Source: Macrostomum lignano (Eukaryota). Taken from it: DNA of 64,000 bases. Shown here piece after piece: positions 63,100 through 64,000 of the stretch (within the stretch, counting starts at the first letter, position 1; each line of letters starts with the position of its first letter). The stretch is taken from positions 48,352-112,351 of the forward strand of contig NIVC01000378.1 of the NCBI GenBank assembly GCA_002269645.1. The letters are read 5' to 3'. The notes beneath the pieces are model-generated. The model searched no databases. It had not been told where the DNA came from and saw nothing but the letters and a program-made list of their open reading frames with translations. Position numbers and translations under genes: made by a program.

Positions 63100-64000
63100 T
63101 GTGAGCCATTGATTTGCTATAGAGCGCCCACCCCATTTTTCCGGCTCCGTACGTCAGCCGGCTTTCTCTCTCTAACTCTCGCCCCCTTATCTGTACTCGT
63201 AGTAAGCAAAGTGTACATTTACGACCACCACCCCACGCAATGCAGTAGCCGACTAAATATTAAATAAATAAATCGTCTCGCCCACTGTGGCTTTCGTACT
63301 TCTTCGTGCAACTGCCAAATCATGCATTAAACTCTACATGGCGTCGCAAGCCATAGCACTATCGCCACCTGGCACCTTCGATGCAGAAGGTGAGCCGCTA
63401 CCAATCGCACAAAAGTGGAAAAATTGGACTCGGCGCTTTGAGAGCTACCTTGTCGCGGCCGGCATCAAAGATGAAAATCAAGCTCAAGAAATCCTACTCT
63501 ACTCAGCCGGCGAATTCATCCACTCGCTCGTCGAAGACAACAGCATTGCACGAGGCGAATCAGCCAAGAAACTAGCAGAAAACATTCAAAGCCACCTGGA
63601 CAAGAAAAACAACATCGTCTTCCTACGATACATGTTTGAGACCTGCGACAGCTAGAGGGCGAAGGAATCGATGCCTGGTATGTCCGACTGAAGAAACTGG
63701 CGGAGCCATGCAAGTTCGGCGACTTAAGCAACTCGCTAATCCGGGACAAGATTGTGGCGTACTGCCGGTCTGAGAAAATGCGGCGCGATCTGCTCAGTCA
63801 GGCGACATCAGCCTGGCTGACACGCTGACCAAGATCCGCGCCAGAGAAACAGCGGAGCGACAGGCGCAAGCAATGGAGCTCGGCAGCCGACCGGTGCGGC
63901 GGAGGACGTGGCAGCAGTGAGCAGCAGCGGCCGCGGCTCGAGAGCGGCAGACGGAAAGTCGCAGGTCCCTGCAACGCGGTGCGGCAGACAAGGGCATGCT
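63100..64000 (+). mobile_element. Ty3/Gypsy LTR retrotransposon 5' end (LTR about 63100-63338, PBS, frameshifted gag)
   Basis: TG...CA LTR candidate with AATAAA near 63265, followed by PBS-like TGGCGTCG. Gag-like MASQAIALSPPGTFDAEG...WKNWTRRFESYLVAAGI, then RQLEGEGIDAWYVRLKKLAEPCKFG...LIRDKIV and a C-x2-C-x4-H knuckle start in shifted frames. LTR start is uncertain. Confidence 0.9.

Overview
Repeat-rich animal genomic DNA with spliceosomal GT-AG introns, not prokaryotic. The style suggests a flatworm such as Macrostomum (inference only). Most long ORFs in the supplied track are translations of micro/minisatellites. Three protein-coding genes were reconstructed by hand. (1) A minus-strand unc-13/Munc13 gene running from ATG 41800 off the left edge: C2A domain, low-complexity linker with a coding 24-bp VNTR, calmodulin-binding-type helix, the PLVSDL-type motif, and a probable alternative internal Cys-rich first exon at 4885. 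(2) An intronless plus-strand rhodopsin-like orphan GPCR (53534-54763). (3) The last four exons of a minus-strand SLC5 sodium:solute symporter (59925-62392) with a 1-bp frameshift. Introns and intergenic DNA hold about 25 different tandem arrays, a 5'-truncated RNase H-bearing LINE inside a satellite, several tRNA-derived SINEs (one CORE-SINE), two non-autonomous DNA transposons and the 5' end of a Ty3/Gypsy LTR element. The most notable unannotated signal is a pair of hammerhead-ribozyme motifs (37129-37165 intact, 35793-35830 degenerate) with compensatory stem II changes. Each lies next to a long (GATA)n array, in the sense orientation of the unc-13 intron.
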